Shown: positions 50,191 through 61,571 of the stretch, piece by piece
How positions within the stretch are numbered: position 1 is the first letter of the stretch
Layout: each line of letters opens with the position of its first letter
DNA from: Strigamia acuminata
Lineage: Eukaryota
Direction of reading: 5' to 3'
NCBI GenBank assembly: GCA_949358305.1
Contig: OX442314.1
Location: 4,092,001-4,156,000 of the forward strand
Length of the DNA: 64,000 nucleotides
Made by a program: the position numbers and the translations under genes
Notes under the pieces: model-generated
Told to the model about the DNA's origin: nothing
The model's input: only the letters and a program-made list of their open reading frames with translations
Database searches by the model: none

Positions 50191-52524
50191 CTTTTGCGCA
50201 AATTTCCCCTTTCAACTCTTTCGGTTTTACATGTGATTTTTTAGTTTATATCTTTGAATTTAATTGAATAAATGTTGATTTTACGTAGACAGGTAGAAAA
50301 TGTAGAAATAGTTTACAAGTATATTACAATAGTAAAAACGAATTTTGTAAAAACGTTTCCTGTACAAATGTAACGGTAACATAACGTTTACTAAACGTTC
50401 GTTACTGCAAAAAAAGTAACAAATTACCGTTACGTTACCTGGCCAAATTAAGTAACACCTTACCGTTACAGTTACGTAACGGTAACGCACACAACACTGG
50501 TCGGCTCAAAAAAATATTAAACGTCTGGCGTTTAAACGATCTGGGGTACTGGTGTAGTGGCACAAAAAAGTAGTCCAAAACACCAGAATTGTAATCGAAC
50601 TCCAGACATTGTGCTCGATTACCAACATTGACACAGAACTACTTTTCCGCGTAGTAGAACACAGTACACAATTAGGCGTAAACAGGCTGAAATAGATCAA
50701 CGTTGGGGTGGTTTTGAGTATAGAGTAATTATTACTGTACATTTTTAGAAGTATGAGGTTTCTCTGGCTCACCCTGTACATTTTTTAACTTATTTATTTA
50801 TTTAACAATTTAATTGCTTTAGAATTCATGGAACCCTCGACCTCATCCGCCGAATATGTTTCCTCGAATGAAACAAGAAGCGCCGCCATTACAAACGACG
50901 AATAATTTCGATCAAGTTTTCGTGCGCCCGGTTCAAAGAACACACACAATTAATGCAACAACAACAACATCGTCACCTGCGCCCTATAATAATAATACTA
51001 ATAATAATGCTAATAATAATGCCGATTTAGCCAGCAATTATTTGACAACTAATTTAAAAAATGTCGGAAATTATCAGTCAAATAATACGAACTTAAAGAT
51101 GAGTTATCCGTCGACAGCAACTAGTTCATCGACGATGCCGCTAGATAAATTTTTAAATTCAAATATTTCAATTCAACCGTCGACTTCGCGCTATAATAAT
51201 AATACTAATAATAATGCTAATAATAATGCCAATTTAGCAAGCAATTATTTGACAACTAATTTAAATAATGTCGGAAATTATCAGTCAAATAATACGAACT
51301 TAAAGATGAGTTATCCGTCGACAGCAACAAGTTCATCGACGATGCCGCTGAATCAATTTTTAAATTCAAATATTTCAGTTCAACCGTCGACTTCGCAAGC
51401 TGCACCTTTCAGTAGCAGACTTGTTGGCGGTAAAAATGGAAATCACGAGCAGGTAATTTTCACGCAAGTGGTGTGGTGGTTACTAGATCACCAGGGTTGC
51501 ACGCCTTACTGCAATTTGCAAATTGCAATTAGCCAAAAAGAAACTACCGTCTTCCCCCGAAAGTAACACCATGGTGTTGTATTCGAGTTTGTTTGAAAAA
51601 TAAAAATTTTGAAACATTGGTGAAAAATTCGAATATAACACCACTTCAGCTACAATACCATGGTGTTAAATTTGAATTTACCCCCATATATTCGAATTTT
51701 TTATTGTTTTCAAATACAACACCATGGTGTTATATTCAGATTTGTATAAAAATATTTAAAACGTACAGTATATCATTGTTTTTGTTAATTTATATATCTG
51801 TTTTGTTTTTTTATTCAGCATAATGAATACAAATTAGTGAGTTAGAGTATAGTTCCAAAATTACAGTAACACATGCACCCCTGGTGATCAGATTAAGTCA
51901 GATTAGGTCTGTGGCTAAAAGGACGTCACCGCCCTAATTTTCACAAATTGATTCGAGTAAAAATTACATTTTGGACAAATTTATTATCTACAGGCTTCTG
52001 GGATCAATGCAGCATTTAGGCAGACCGAAAACCAAACATCTTTTAGTCTTCTTTTTCCATGGTCACGCCCTCCGGATTCACCGAGTTCATCAAATGAAAA
52101 TAAATAAATCACCCGGAGTAATTTAATATAAACGTGTAAAAACCGAGTGGTTTTACCCAAGTGCAATTTTTTGTATTTGTTTACTTTTGTATTTCTTATT
52201 TTTCCATTTATCTCTAAATTGTTCTTTAAATTCTTGTTGTGTATCAATTTATAATCTCATTTAATTTCTCAAACTTATTTAGTGATTGTATCCCTTACTT
52301 TCCCACCCCAAATTCCATACATCTTCGAAACTTTCATGTGACTTTTCCAAAAATCTACTGATTAGGGTCAGGTGTCCTTTGCTCACTGTTAAAACTAGTG
52401 AGTTTTTAAGATGAAAATTGTGTTGTTGTGAAGCGAACCCCAAAGAGGTAGCTTATCAAATTGAAGTGTTGTTCATTTGTTTCATTTTATCGTGTTTTAT
52501 AATTAATTATCAGTGTTTATCAGT

Positions 52525-52980
52525 TTTATATCGATTTGTGTTTTATCAATTTGATATCGATTTGTGTTTTATCAATTTGATATCGATTTGTGTTTTACCA
52601 ATTTGATATCGATTTGTGTTTTATCAATTTTATATCGATTTGTGTTTTATCAATTTATATCGATTTGTGTTTTATCAATTTTATATCGATTTGTGTTTTA
52701 TCAATTTTATGTCGATTTGTGTTTTATCAATTTTATATCGATTTGTGTTCTATCATCAGTTTGGGTTATTTGGATTTAGTGTATTTAGTGATGTAATTCA
52801 TTTATTGGTTGATTTGGGTTATTTGGATTTAGTGTATTTAGTGATGTAATTCATTTATTGGTTGATTTGGGTTATTTGGATTTAGTGTAGTTAGTGATGT
52901 AATTCATTTATTGGTTGATTTGGGTTATTTGGATTTAGTGTATTTAGTGATGTAATTCATTTATTGGTTGATTTGGGCTT
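52525..52980. repeat. Tandem arrays: about 26-bp unit (52525-52750) and 54-bp unit x4 (52760-52975)
   Basis: Direct reading. Confidence 0.8.
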
Positions 52981-54074
52981 GATTTGATGGTGTGTTTGTT
53001 TGGTAAAAGTTTTGAATTTATTTGTGATCGCCTTAGGGCGAGTTTGTTAAGGGATGTTCTTCACCCCCAACCTTGAACTGGTTTGTTTGTGTTATCTGTG
53101 ATGTCACCCATGTTGTGTGTCACCACCTTGGCAATAAAAGTTAGTAGTCTTCACTCTGTCAGCCTGTGAGCATCCTGTCTCCTTTCTCCACTACAGCAGT
53201 ATAAAACCATCTTTTGAGAACTTTGGAAAGAACACTTGATTGGGATGTCTGATCCATGTTACATTAAGACCAGATTTTAATACTCACCAATTGGAGAGTG
53301 CTATCTACCCCTTTTTCCTACTCTTTTTGTCCTCTAGTCTTGAAATAAAACAAATCAGTGTATTTTAAAAACTCAACAAGAAGGTTGTCGTAACCTTGAT
53401 TCCGGTAAATAAACTTACACAATATCTTACTAATAACACCCTTTATTTCACACTTGTAATAATACAATAATGATACTTAACAATGTGGTCTCGGATCCTT
53501 GCTGGCGGATACGATTTGTTGCTGCACGGCAGTCTTACACGTGGCTTCTACTGTTGTCTAGGGTAATGGCGTCTGGCGAAACACGTGTTCGCAAACGCTT
53601 CGCTTCGGGAGATATTACGATCGTAGTATTGCTACGATAATATCTGTGACTCTGATTTATAGATGTAATTGGCAACGGGCATCGATCCTCTATCAATCCG
53701 GTAAAACGGCCTGACGGTGAGGTGGTGATGCTAATGTTGCTCTGGTATCTATAAAGTGGGGGGTTTCCGGTCAGACACGGGTTTAAATACTGGCTGGACC
53801 GGAAATGACGTATTTGCCTAAATTCGGAGAATTATGCAAATTCATGACGTTGTCACGTCAGTCCCGCAGAAACGGTAAAACTAGTATAGCTAGTTTTCCC
53901 GTAATGATCTGACAATATTTTATTATGAATACTAAAATCATTATTTATTGAATTATAAATTATTAAAACACTTTTGTGACCTCGTGGTCACCACACGTCC
54001 CCTCCTCAGCAATGTTGTTGGGGGATTTACAATAAAACAACAAACATTGCGAAAACTCAAAGTTAGATTTCACT

Positions 54075-56990
54075 TTACTTCTTCTCAGGTGATCCCTGGG
54101 GAACATCCGGAGGCGGAGGTGGAGGTAGTTCTTCAGTTACGGATGGTTCAGCCATCTTCGGAGTTGTGGGTTTACTGATCGGCGGAGTAGAGGTAAGACG
54201 GGACGAGCGGTCGCTTGGATCTTCAAATTCTCCGATAAAATATCGATCGTGGCCGCCAACCGGTTCGTATGCGGCGCCGACTCGTTCGTGTATCCAAATA
54301 CGTGAAAGGAAGGGAGCTAGGCCCTGATTCGTGTGGTGGATCTTCTGGGCCTCGGCTGGAGTCTTTGGGGCACGGTGGGCGCGCAACAGACGTTGGTGTT
54401 GAATGAAATCGACGCCCGGACCCGCTTCGAGGGTGCGTTCCATCCACACATAAAGCGAATGACCATGATCGCTTGATTTCTTAATTTTATCCTTCGTTCC
54501 CTTGGTCATGGTCAAGCTCGGATAATACGTCTTCAGATGTGCATCGATTGGAGGCAACGGCTTTGGCTCCATCCTTTTCTTGGGCCGCAGGATCTTCGGC
54601 TTCGCTTTCGATTTTCGGACGACTGTTTTCACGCCCTCGATCGGGACCAGTCCTTCGGGGAACTTTATCGTCTCCTCTGGAGTGGCTGCCGGGACTGTCT
54701 GGTTTGCCGGAGTCTCAGGGAGAGGTTCGTTGATTAATACGACTGGTTCGCTCTGTGGTAAAGCCACAGTTCGGACCGCTTGATATGATTGCTCCGGGTC
54801 GACGTCCTCCGCAACTAACTGCGCGCGAACCTGGATACAGGAAGGGACTAACTTTAGCCATCGTTCGATGAGAGCGGGAGGCAACAGAAAGCTTTCATGT
54901 GCGACGACTGCCCAGGCTGCCAACGCTACACGGGCGTTTCTAAATGTGGACGCGGCCAATACGAGCGACATCATGTCCGTGAGTACGACCGTTGTGCGCG
55001 CTGTCCGTGACGGATGATCTCGTCCAGGGCTCTTGATGAACTCTATGGCTGCACTTTGGATGTTTGTTATCGCAATCTGCATGGTCCTGGCTTGATATTC
55101 GTCAACGTCGGACACCATCTCTTTCGCTTGTTCGATCGTGGTTGTGTCGAGAAACGACTGTAAATCGTATGGCGTTGGGTCGAACTGGATCGTGGCTCGA
55201 ACCTCCGAAGACTGGTTATTGGAAGTTGGTTTTGAAGGCGTTTGGTCGTTCTTATCGGTTTTAGCCACGGCCACTTGCTTTGAATTAATTAAAACTCGTT
55301 GAATGTCGGGTTCGGGCTCATCCCAAACAATCGGCGTTCTCGACGTGGAAATTTCGCTTCGCGTTTCTTCCGGTACGGCCGGGAAAATGGGTCCAAAACG
55401 ATCTTGTCGTCGTTTAAGTTGTTCAAAGGGACTCAGCGATGTTGGGGTTCCGATAATCACAGTCTTTCGGAATGCGCTGGGCAGACTAGAAGGTACGCTA
55501 CTAACTGGTTTTGTTGGCGCCTTGATGAATGCGCTTGGTACCGATGTTACACTCATCTCGATTGATTTGGTCGGCCGATAGACGGGTTTCGCCTGTTCGT
55601 TCTTGACTTTCAGGACGGCTGCTACCATATCGGCTTCGGTGTAAAGTTTTTCTTGTTCGGGTACGATCATCGGCTCTACCGATTGTTCGTGTTCGATCGT
55701 TATTGGCACTTCTTGTCGAACTTCCACTTGCAGAGTCTCTACCTCATCGACTTCACGTGATCTCTCAAAGCGTCCCCATGTTTCCGCTCGTGGCCTTGAT
55801 AACCTGAGGCATCCGCGTTGGTTCGGTCGATTCCTGGAGTAGCGGTAAGTCTCAACCTCTCGTGGTCTCTCGACTCTGGGTTCTCGTCGCGGTGAGGGTT
55901 CTCGAGCGTGTCGGTAATAAACTCGAGGATGTGACTGCGATCGATCTTGCGTGTTGTACGACGTGCTTGGCTGATCCAGGCGTCGTCGCTTGTTGTCGTG
56001 TGTGTTATTCAACAACTCGCTCGAGAGTCGCTTCTCCGCTTTTTGTCGCTTGCGCCCAAAGATGCCCAGGTAGTGGAGCTGGTGCATTGCTTTCTGTGAG
56101 GTGATAAATCCGTGTTCGGGTCGCCAGTTGGGAACGTCTGGTCTTTCTCCTCGAACCTGGCTTAACCAAGTTTTTATCTCATCTGTCGAATACCCTGCTG
56201 GTTTCAGTATTTTGAAGAGATCTCGATACGCCGTCCGTCTGACTTCGTTGTAATAGTCTCTGTGTATTTGTCGGCGCTCTTCGTCTGTAGCGGCGTTTTG
56301 CCACCTCTCGAGGACAGCCCACTCTTCGGGCTCGCTTGGATAGTCCTTTTCCAAAAACTTGTTTGGGAGTGGTGCTGGTGCGTCGTCGCGTTCTGGAATT
56401 TCAGTCCTCAGTGCGTCGCGCATCTTTTCTGGGAAGTAGTGTATCAGGGTCTCCTGACTTGCCCAAAATCGCGATCGGGCTCGGGATGAAGTGAGCCGAA
56501 TTTTCCATGGTCCGGTGTCGACGTCGTCCTCTAACGCTCTTCGAAATGGGGTCGGAATTTCGCTTCTCCAGAGTGTACCCGAAGACACGTTTTGCGGATC
56601 GATGGGTCCCCACGTAAGTTGGTGTTCCGGCTGAGGAATGAATACATAAAAATTAGATTTTTGTTAAATTCCGAATTTGGATTCAAGATGGCGCTATGGT
56701 CGACCATGTGCTTTTTACACGTGTTGAATCTTAAATAATGGCTCGTGTCATTTTTCGTTTGTTGACATAAAGATGTTTTCTTTTATGAATCTTGTTTCAC
56801 GTATTTTTGTGGTTTAGCCACAAATTAAATTCTTTGTTATTTTTACCTTTTCGTTTCCATCGGGCTTTTCCCGATTTTCTTCCGGTTCAACCTCGTCCCA
56901 TCTTGCGGGATCGTTCCATTCGTCTTCGCTTGGGTCCCGATCCATTTCTTCCTCTTCGTTGTCGGGTGATTGCTTCCAGTTTCTTCGCAT
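54075..56990 (-). CDS. Retrotransposon ORF3 of unknown function; predicted exons 56990-56847 and 56630-54075 (899 aa)
   Basis: 851-codon open frame between pol and the PPT, preceded by a polypyrimidine-CAG acceptor; the upstream ATG exon ends AAG|GTAAAA in the same phase 0. Confidence 0.7.
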
Positions 56991-57236
56991 TTTTGATTCA
57001 ATTTGTTGGTTGCGATTTTTGTCAAGCACCTGTTGTCGTCGTGACAGAACGCGGAGTGCAAAGTTGAAAGGGTAGTCGAGGTTAAGTATCTTGATTGGCT
57101 TTCGTATGTAATACGTAGTTGATTGTTGGAGTCTCCTTGTGATTGTTTTTGTCCCTAGGAGGTCGGGGTAATTACGTCATATTGTTTTATCGCTTTTGAT
57201 TGGTTATGCCAACCATTTTGGATTTTTCTTGCTTTA

Positions 57237-60200
57237 TCATGTCCTCCCGGTGATTTTACCGTCCTTTATAAACGGGTTTGGTGCCTTTTTTCTTGTACTT
57301 TGTCGTGTTATAGGTTTCGGTATTTTACTTCTCGATCGTGTGGATCTTTTAGTAATCTCTTTTTCTTTTTCAGGAGTTTTAGGAGTTTCTTCGTTAACTG
57401 CTGCTTCCTCCCCTCCTAAATTTCCATCTGGGGCGCTAGTTAGTTCGGCGCTGTCTGGAGTTGCGTGAGTCGTATTTTCGTTCAAGTCTGAAACAGTGGC
57501 GATGTCGTCGAACATATCTCGTATTGTGGGCGATGGAGATGGCTGCGTTTGGTCCTCGGCCCATTCTTCTTGTGGAAATTCCGGCAAGTAAGGCGTCAGT
57601 TCTCGAGCGTGGATTGATCGAAAATTTACATTATCGGCCAAACGTTGCAGAGAAAATGCGTTCCCGCCGTGGGCCTTGGTAATTACGTATGGGCCGTCTC
57701 GTTTGTCGGCTAAGCCGGCATGAATCCCTTTATCTGCACTGGATAAAATGTGAGTGTCTTTCCATACGAGATCGTTGATTTTGAAATTACAAAATTGTGT
57801 GTTCTTTTCAGACTTTTTCACTCGTTCGCGCATGTCAAACACATGTGACATCATATGTTGGTAGGTTGCCGAAATTGCTTGTTCTAGTTGATGTACGTAA
57901 ATGTGAGGATTTTTTGGATCGACTTTTCGAATTCCTTCTGGGATGCGTGGATCCCAGGGCACTCGTAGCTCTCGAGCGAAGTTGAGATAAGCCGGGGAAA
58001 AGCCGCGGTTTCTCGAAATGGTCGTTCGGATGCTAAATGCTATTTCTTTAAGAAACTCGTCCCACTTGGAATGTACGTCTGTGAAAATAGCAAGCGCATA
58101 TTTTATGTCGCGGTTGAGTCGCTCCACGGGATTAGCCCGTGGGTTATACGTTGAAGTAAATGATGGTTGAATGTCGAATTGATTGCAGAAATCCTTGTAT
58201 AACCTTGATGCGAATTGTGGGCCATTATCGGAAATTAATTTCCGCGGGAAGCCAAAATGTAACGCGACTTCGTAGAGGCACTGGATTATTTTCTGCTTAG
58301 TCGGGTGGGCCATCGGATACAACTCTGGCCATCCTGTTGCGACATCCATGATCACGAGTATGTATTTGTGGCTATTTGCACTTGTTATCTTAGGACCCAT
58401 AAGGTCTACGCTCCAACAATCAAAAGGGGCGAACGGTCCAAGTGATAAATTCTCGTAGTTAGCCTTATTCCGAGGCTTGCAGGCTTGGCATCGTGGACAG
58501 TGTCGTATGAATCGTACGATGTCCCTTCTCATTTCGGGCCAATAGTACAGTTGACTGGCCCGGTAGAGAGTCCTTGCCACGCCGGCGTGTCCGGCTAGAG
58601 GGTGGCCGTGTACCATCCACAGAATTTGTGTTCGAACTTTTCTCGGAATTACGACTTTAATTGAACTCCCTGACTCTGTCAAGTCGTCCCGAAAGTTCGG
58701 ATGGTACTTTAAAAGTAGGCCATCGTCTATCAGATAAGCGGAAGCCTTAATTTTGAACTCTTCTCTGGATTCTTCGCTGTAGACGTCGCCAGGGAAAGTC
58801 TCGTTGGTCAAGTAGTCATAGAACCTTTTACAGAAGGCGGTGTCGTTCTTCTGAGCTTCGACGAGTTCCTCGCGAGTAGGTGGGACACAGTTCGTGCCTT
58901 TACTCACGTGTGTAACGAAAGCTCGCACAAATTTATCCGAGACTCTGGGTTCGATGGATAAGTCGTAATTTGGTCTGGCATCTTTTGCCGATTGATATGC
59001 CCTCATCCAATATCCGACGTATTTTTCATCGGAAGATTCCAACTTTTCTTTCGGCAGTTCATTCTGTTTTCTGAATTCCCACTTCCTGATCGGGGTGGGA
59101 CAGTAAGCTATCCGAGAATCGTCGTCGCCGTCGTCGTCTGGCTCGTCGGGTTCTGAGGCGGGAGCTCTAGAGAGCGCGTCGGCGACTGTGTTATACTTCC
59201 CTGGCTTGTACTCGATTTGTAAGTCGTAAGCCATGAGCTCTAATTGCCATCGAGCCATCCGGCCCGAAGGTTCTTTCAGGCCCATGAACCACCTTAATGC
59301 CTGATGGTCGGTCTGGACGGTAAATTTTGTAAACTCGAGGTAAGGCCTGAATTTACGAACTGCCCATACGATTGCCAAGCATTCGAGCTCTGTCGCTGAG
59401 TAATTTTTCTCGGCGGCTTGAATTTTCCGGCTGATAAAGATCGTGGGTACTTCTTGATGTATGCCGTCGATTTCGTGCATTTGCATCAACGCAGCCCCCA
59501 ATCCGATTTTACTCGCATCCGTATGTAAGATAAATTCGCGATTCAAGTCGGGGAGAGGGATGGTTTTGGTGTCGATTAGCATTTGTTTGATTTTGTCAAA
59601 CGCTGCTTCGCAATGGCTGGTCCAGTTAAATTTGATTTCGGGGTCTTTCGGCGGGTCCTCCTTTGGATTTATTTTCTGGACAGTCTTTAAAAGATCGGTG
59701 ATTGGGGCCGCGACTTCCGCTAAATGTGGCAGGAGTCGGCCGAAGAAATTTACCATTCCTAAAAAACGTTGTACCCCTTTCACGTCCGTAGGTGCTGGAA
59801 AATCGGTGATTGCTCGTACTTTCTTTGGGTCTATGGATAAGCCATTGACTCCAACTTTGTATCCAAGAAACGCAAGTTCTTTTCGGCAAAACTGGCTCTT
59901 TCCGGGGTGTATGTGGAGTCCGGCTTTTGCTAAACGACGTATTACTTCGTCGATATGTCTGATGTGTTCGTCAAAAGTCTGGGAAACAATAATAATATCG
60001 TCCAGGTAAGCCCAGGCGTATTTATGTAGCGCGTCGCCCAAAACCTTCTCGATTAATCGTTGAAATGTTGCCGGGGCATTTACTAGGCCAAATGGCATGA
60101 CATTAAACATTAATCTGCCCATCGGGGACCAGAAAGCGGTTTTTTCTTTGTCTTCGGCACGGAGTTCGACCTGCCAATATCCTTTCGACAGATCCATCGT

Positions 60201-61571
60201 TGTTACCCAATTAAATGGGGCTAGTTCTCGAAGAATAGCTTCGATTGATGGCATCTGGACGGGGTCGATAACGGTAATGGCGTTTAGAGGTCGATAATCG
60301 ATACACAGTCTGGGTTCCGATCCTGCACGCATGACGAGCACGATTCTCATCGCATATTCTCCTAATGCCTCGGACACTATCCCCTTGTCCAGTAAGTCTT
60401 GACAGATCGTCTTGACGATTTCGCGTTTTTGGGGGTTCATGCCCTTGAATGGAACTCGTACTGGCTTATCCGTACTTAATTCTATTTCGTGTTTTACGTA
60501 ATTTGTCTTTCCCGGTTCTTTAGTCAGGATTTTTCGATGTTTTTGTAGCATTTCTTCAAGTAATTTAGTCTGGGTTTCTCCTAGGTTCGCGTCCATGGCC
60601 AAATTGTGAGCCAAATTTCCTTCTTGGAGTCGGGCGTTAAAAGATTTGAAATCGTAATCTTGTACGAATTGCTTCAAATTTCCGCCTTTCCATTCGTCCT
60701 CTTCGTCGTTTGAATCTAGGAGTTCGGTAGGTACTGTCATTAGTCGGGGGTCCTCGCGTTTATCGATATAGTTCCAGGACCTCGTTATGGGGTTGGGCTG
60801 GATCTCCATTATGGCCATGATGTCCATACCCAAGAGTAGGACCGTGTCGTAGGTTGGTAAAACGATGAAAGGGTGGGTTATTACGCCTCCCTCCCATATG
60901 ACTTTTGTTGTCAGTACCCCTACTGGACGCACTTCTCCAGCAGCGGTTTTTACGGCCACATTTTCGCTTATTCCCCGTAGTTTGTCGCGTTGTTTTTTGT
61001 CCAGCGACTCGTATAGATCTGAAGAGATAAAGGACCGGTCGGCTCCCGAATCCAACAAACCGATGAATTTTTTGTCGTTAAACTTGATTGTTAACATTGC
61101 GAGTGAGTCCTTCCGCTCTTTAACCAAATTACAATGTAAAATGCGTTTCTTTCGAGGTGGGGCCTCCTCGTAGGCGTGAGGTAATTCTTGGAATGTTTCG
61201 GCTATTTTTTCGCCGTCCGCCGTATTAGTGGTTGGGCCACTATATTCGCGTTTTTCTGTGGTGAAGTAAGCCGTAGTGAAATAAACGACCTTTTTCTGTA
61301 ATTCTTTTATTTGTTTTTCTAACCAATTGGTGTTTATCCATTTGGCTTTTAATTCGTCTTCCGAACTTGAGTCGCTAATTTCTTTATTATTTGTTTCAAT
61401 TTCTTTCGATTTTTTCTCTTTTAATTTGAGTTTTAATTTGACTACTTCTTCCGTAATTACTTCGTTAATTGCCTGGTTAATTGTCGTATTCTTGGTAAAT
61501 TTTGGGGTTTGGTCTTCCGGGCGTGCAGACAGATTTATTATTTTTTCTCTGTCTGCTTTAACCAGTTTTTT
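57237..61571 (-). CDS. pol: Pol polyprotein (protease, RT, RNase H, integrase), probably via -1 frameshift
   Basis: LLDSGAD; MPFGL..APATFQ; YLDD; TDAS...ELE...TDH; HHCC and D-D-E (SVDLMG, ISDNG, VERLN); GPY motif; uninterrupted frame. Confidence 0.95.
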   Translation of the reverse strand, partial: KKLVKADREKIINLSARPEDQTPKFTKNTTINQAINEVITEEVVKLKLKLKEKKSKEIETNNKEISDSSSEDELKAKWINTNWLEKQIKELQKKVVYFTTAYFTTEKREYSGPTTNTADGEKIAETFQELPHAYEEAPPRKKRILHCNLVKERKDSLAMLTIKFNDKKFIGLLDSGADRSFISSDLYESLDKKQRDKLRGISENVAVKTAAGEVRPVGVLTTKVIWEGGVITHPFIVLPTYDTVLLLGMDIMAIMEIQPNPITRSWNYIDKREDPRLMTVPTELLDSNDEEDEWKGGNLKQFVQDYDFKSFNARLQEGNLAHNLAMDANLGETQTKLLEEMLQKHRKILTKEPGKTNYVKHEIELSTDKPVRVPFKGMNPQKREIVKTICQDLLDKGIVSEALGEYAMRIVLVMRAGSEPRLCIDYRPLNAITVIDPVQMPSIEAILRELAPFNWVTTMDLSKGYWQVELRAEDKEKTAFWSPMGRLMFNVMPFGLVNAPATFQRLIEKVLGDALHKYAWAYLDDIIIVSQTFDEHIRHIDEVIRRLAKAGLHIHPGKSQFCRKELAFLGYKVGVNGLSIDPKKVRAITDFPAPTDVKGVQRFLGMVNFFGRLLPHLAEVAAPITDLLKTVQKINPKEDPPKDPEIKFNWTSHCEAAFDKIKQMLIDTKTIPLPDLNREFILHTDASKIGLGAALMQMHEIDGIHQEVPTIFISRKIQAAEKNYSATELECLAIVWAVRKFRPYLEFTKFTVQTDHQALRWFMGLKEPSGRMARWQLELMAYDLQIEYKPGKYNTVADALSRAPASEPDEPDDDGDDDSRIAYCPTPIRKWEFRKQNELPKEKLESSDEKYVGYWMRAYQSAKDARPNYDLSIEPRVSDKFVRAFVTHVSKGTNCVPPTREELVEAQKNDTAFCKRFYDYLTNETFPGDVYSEESREEFKIKASAYLIDDGLLLKYHPNFRDDLTESGSSIKVVIPRKVRTQILWMVHGHPLAGHAGVARTLYRASQLYYWPEMRRDIVRFIRHCPRCQACKPRNKANYENLSLGPFAPFDCWSVDLMGPKITSANSHKYILVIMDVATGWPELYPMAHPTKQKIIQCLYEVALHFGFPRKLISDNGPQFASRLYKDFCNQFDIQPSFTSTYNPRANPVERLNRDIKYALAIFTDVHSKWDEFLKEIAFSIRTTISRNRGFSPAYLNFARELRVPWDPRIPEGIRKVDPKNPHIYVHQLEQAISATYQHMMSHVFDMRERVKKSEKNTQFCNFKINDLVWKDTHILSSADKGIHAGLADKRDGPYVITKAHGGNAFSLQRLADNVNFRSIHARELTPYLPEFPQEEWAEDQTQPSPSPTIRDMFDDIATVSDLNENTTHATPDSAELTSAPDGNLGGEEAAVNEETPKTPEKEKEITKRSTRSRSKIPKPITRQSTRKKAPNPFIKDGKITGRT

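Larger units (their letters stand above)
44714..52107 (+). pseudogene. RNF216-like copy C: duplicate of B lacking IBR-RING2 (pseudogene or catalytically dead variant)
   Basis: Highly similar to B in exons and introns. At about 48218 intron sequence joins directly to CCTATTGAGGGTTATTCG (B 21881), so about 545 bp are missing. The remaining exons (44714-47069, 47126-47233, 47304-47486, 48836-49017, 49110-49144, 50823-51452, 51994-52107) are stop-free. Confidence 0.8.

Noticed and set aside
53097..53385. Extension of the Gypsy 3' LTR to 53097
   Set aside because: CpG-poor and probably an older repeat; the terminal IR match is better at 53386, but this cannot be settled without the 5' LTR.
54075..56630. 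Canonical envelope gene
   Set aside because: No signal peptide, C-terminal TM anchor or Cys-rich ectodomain is visible.
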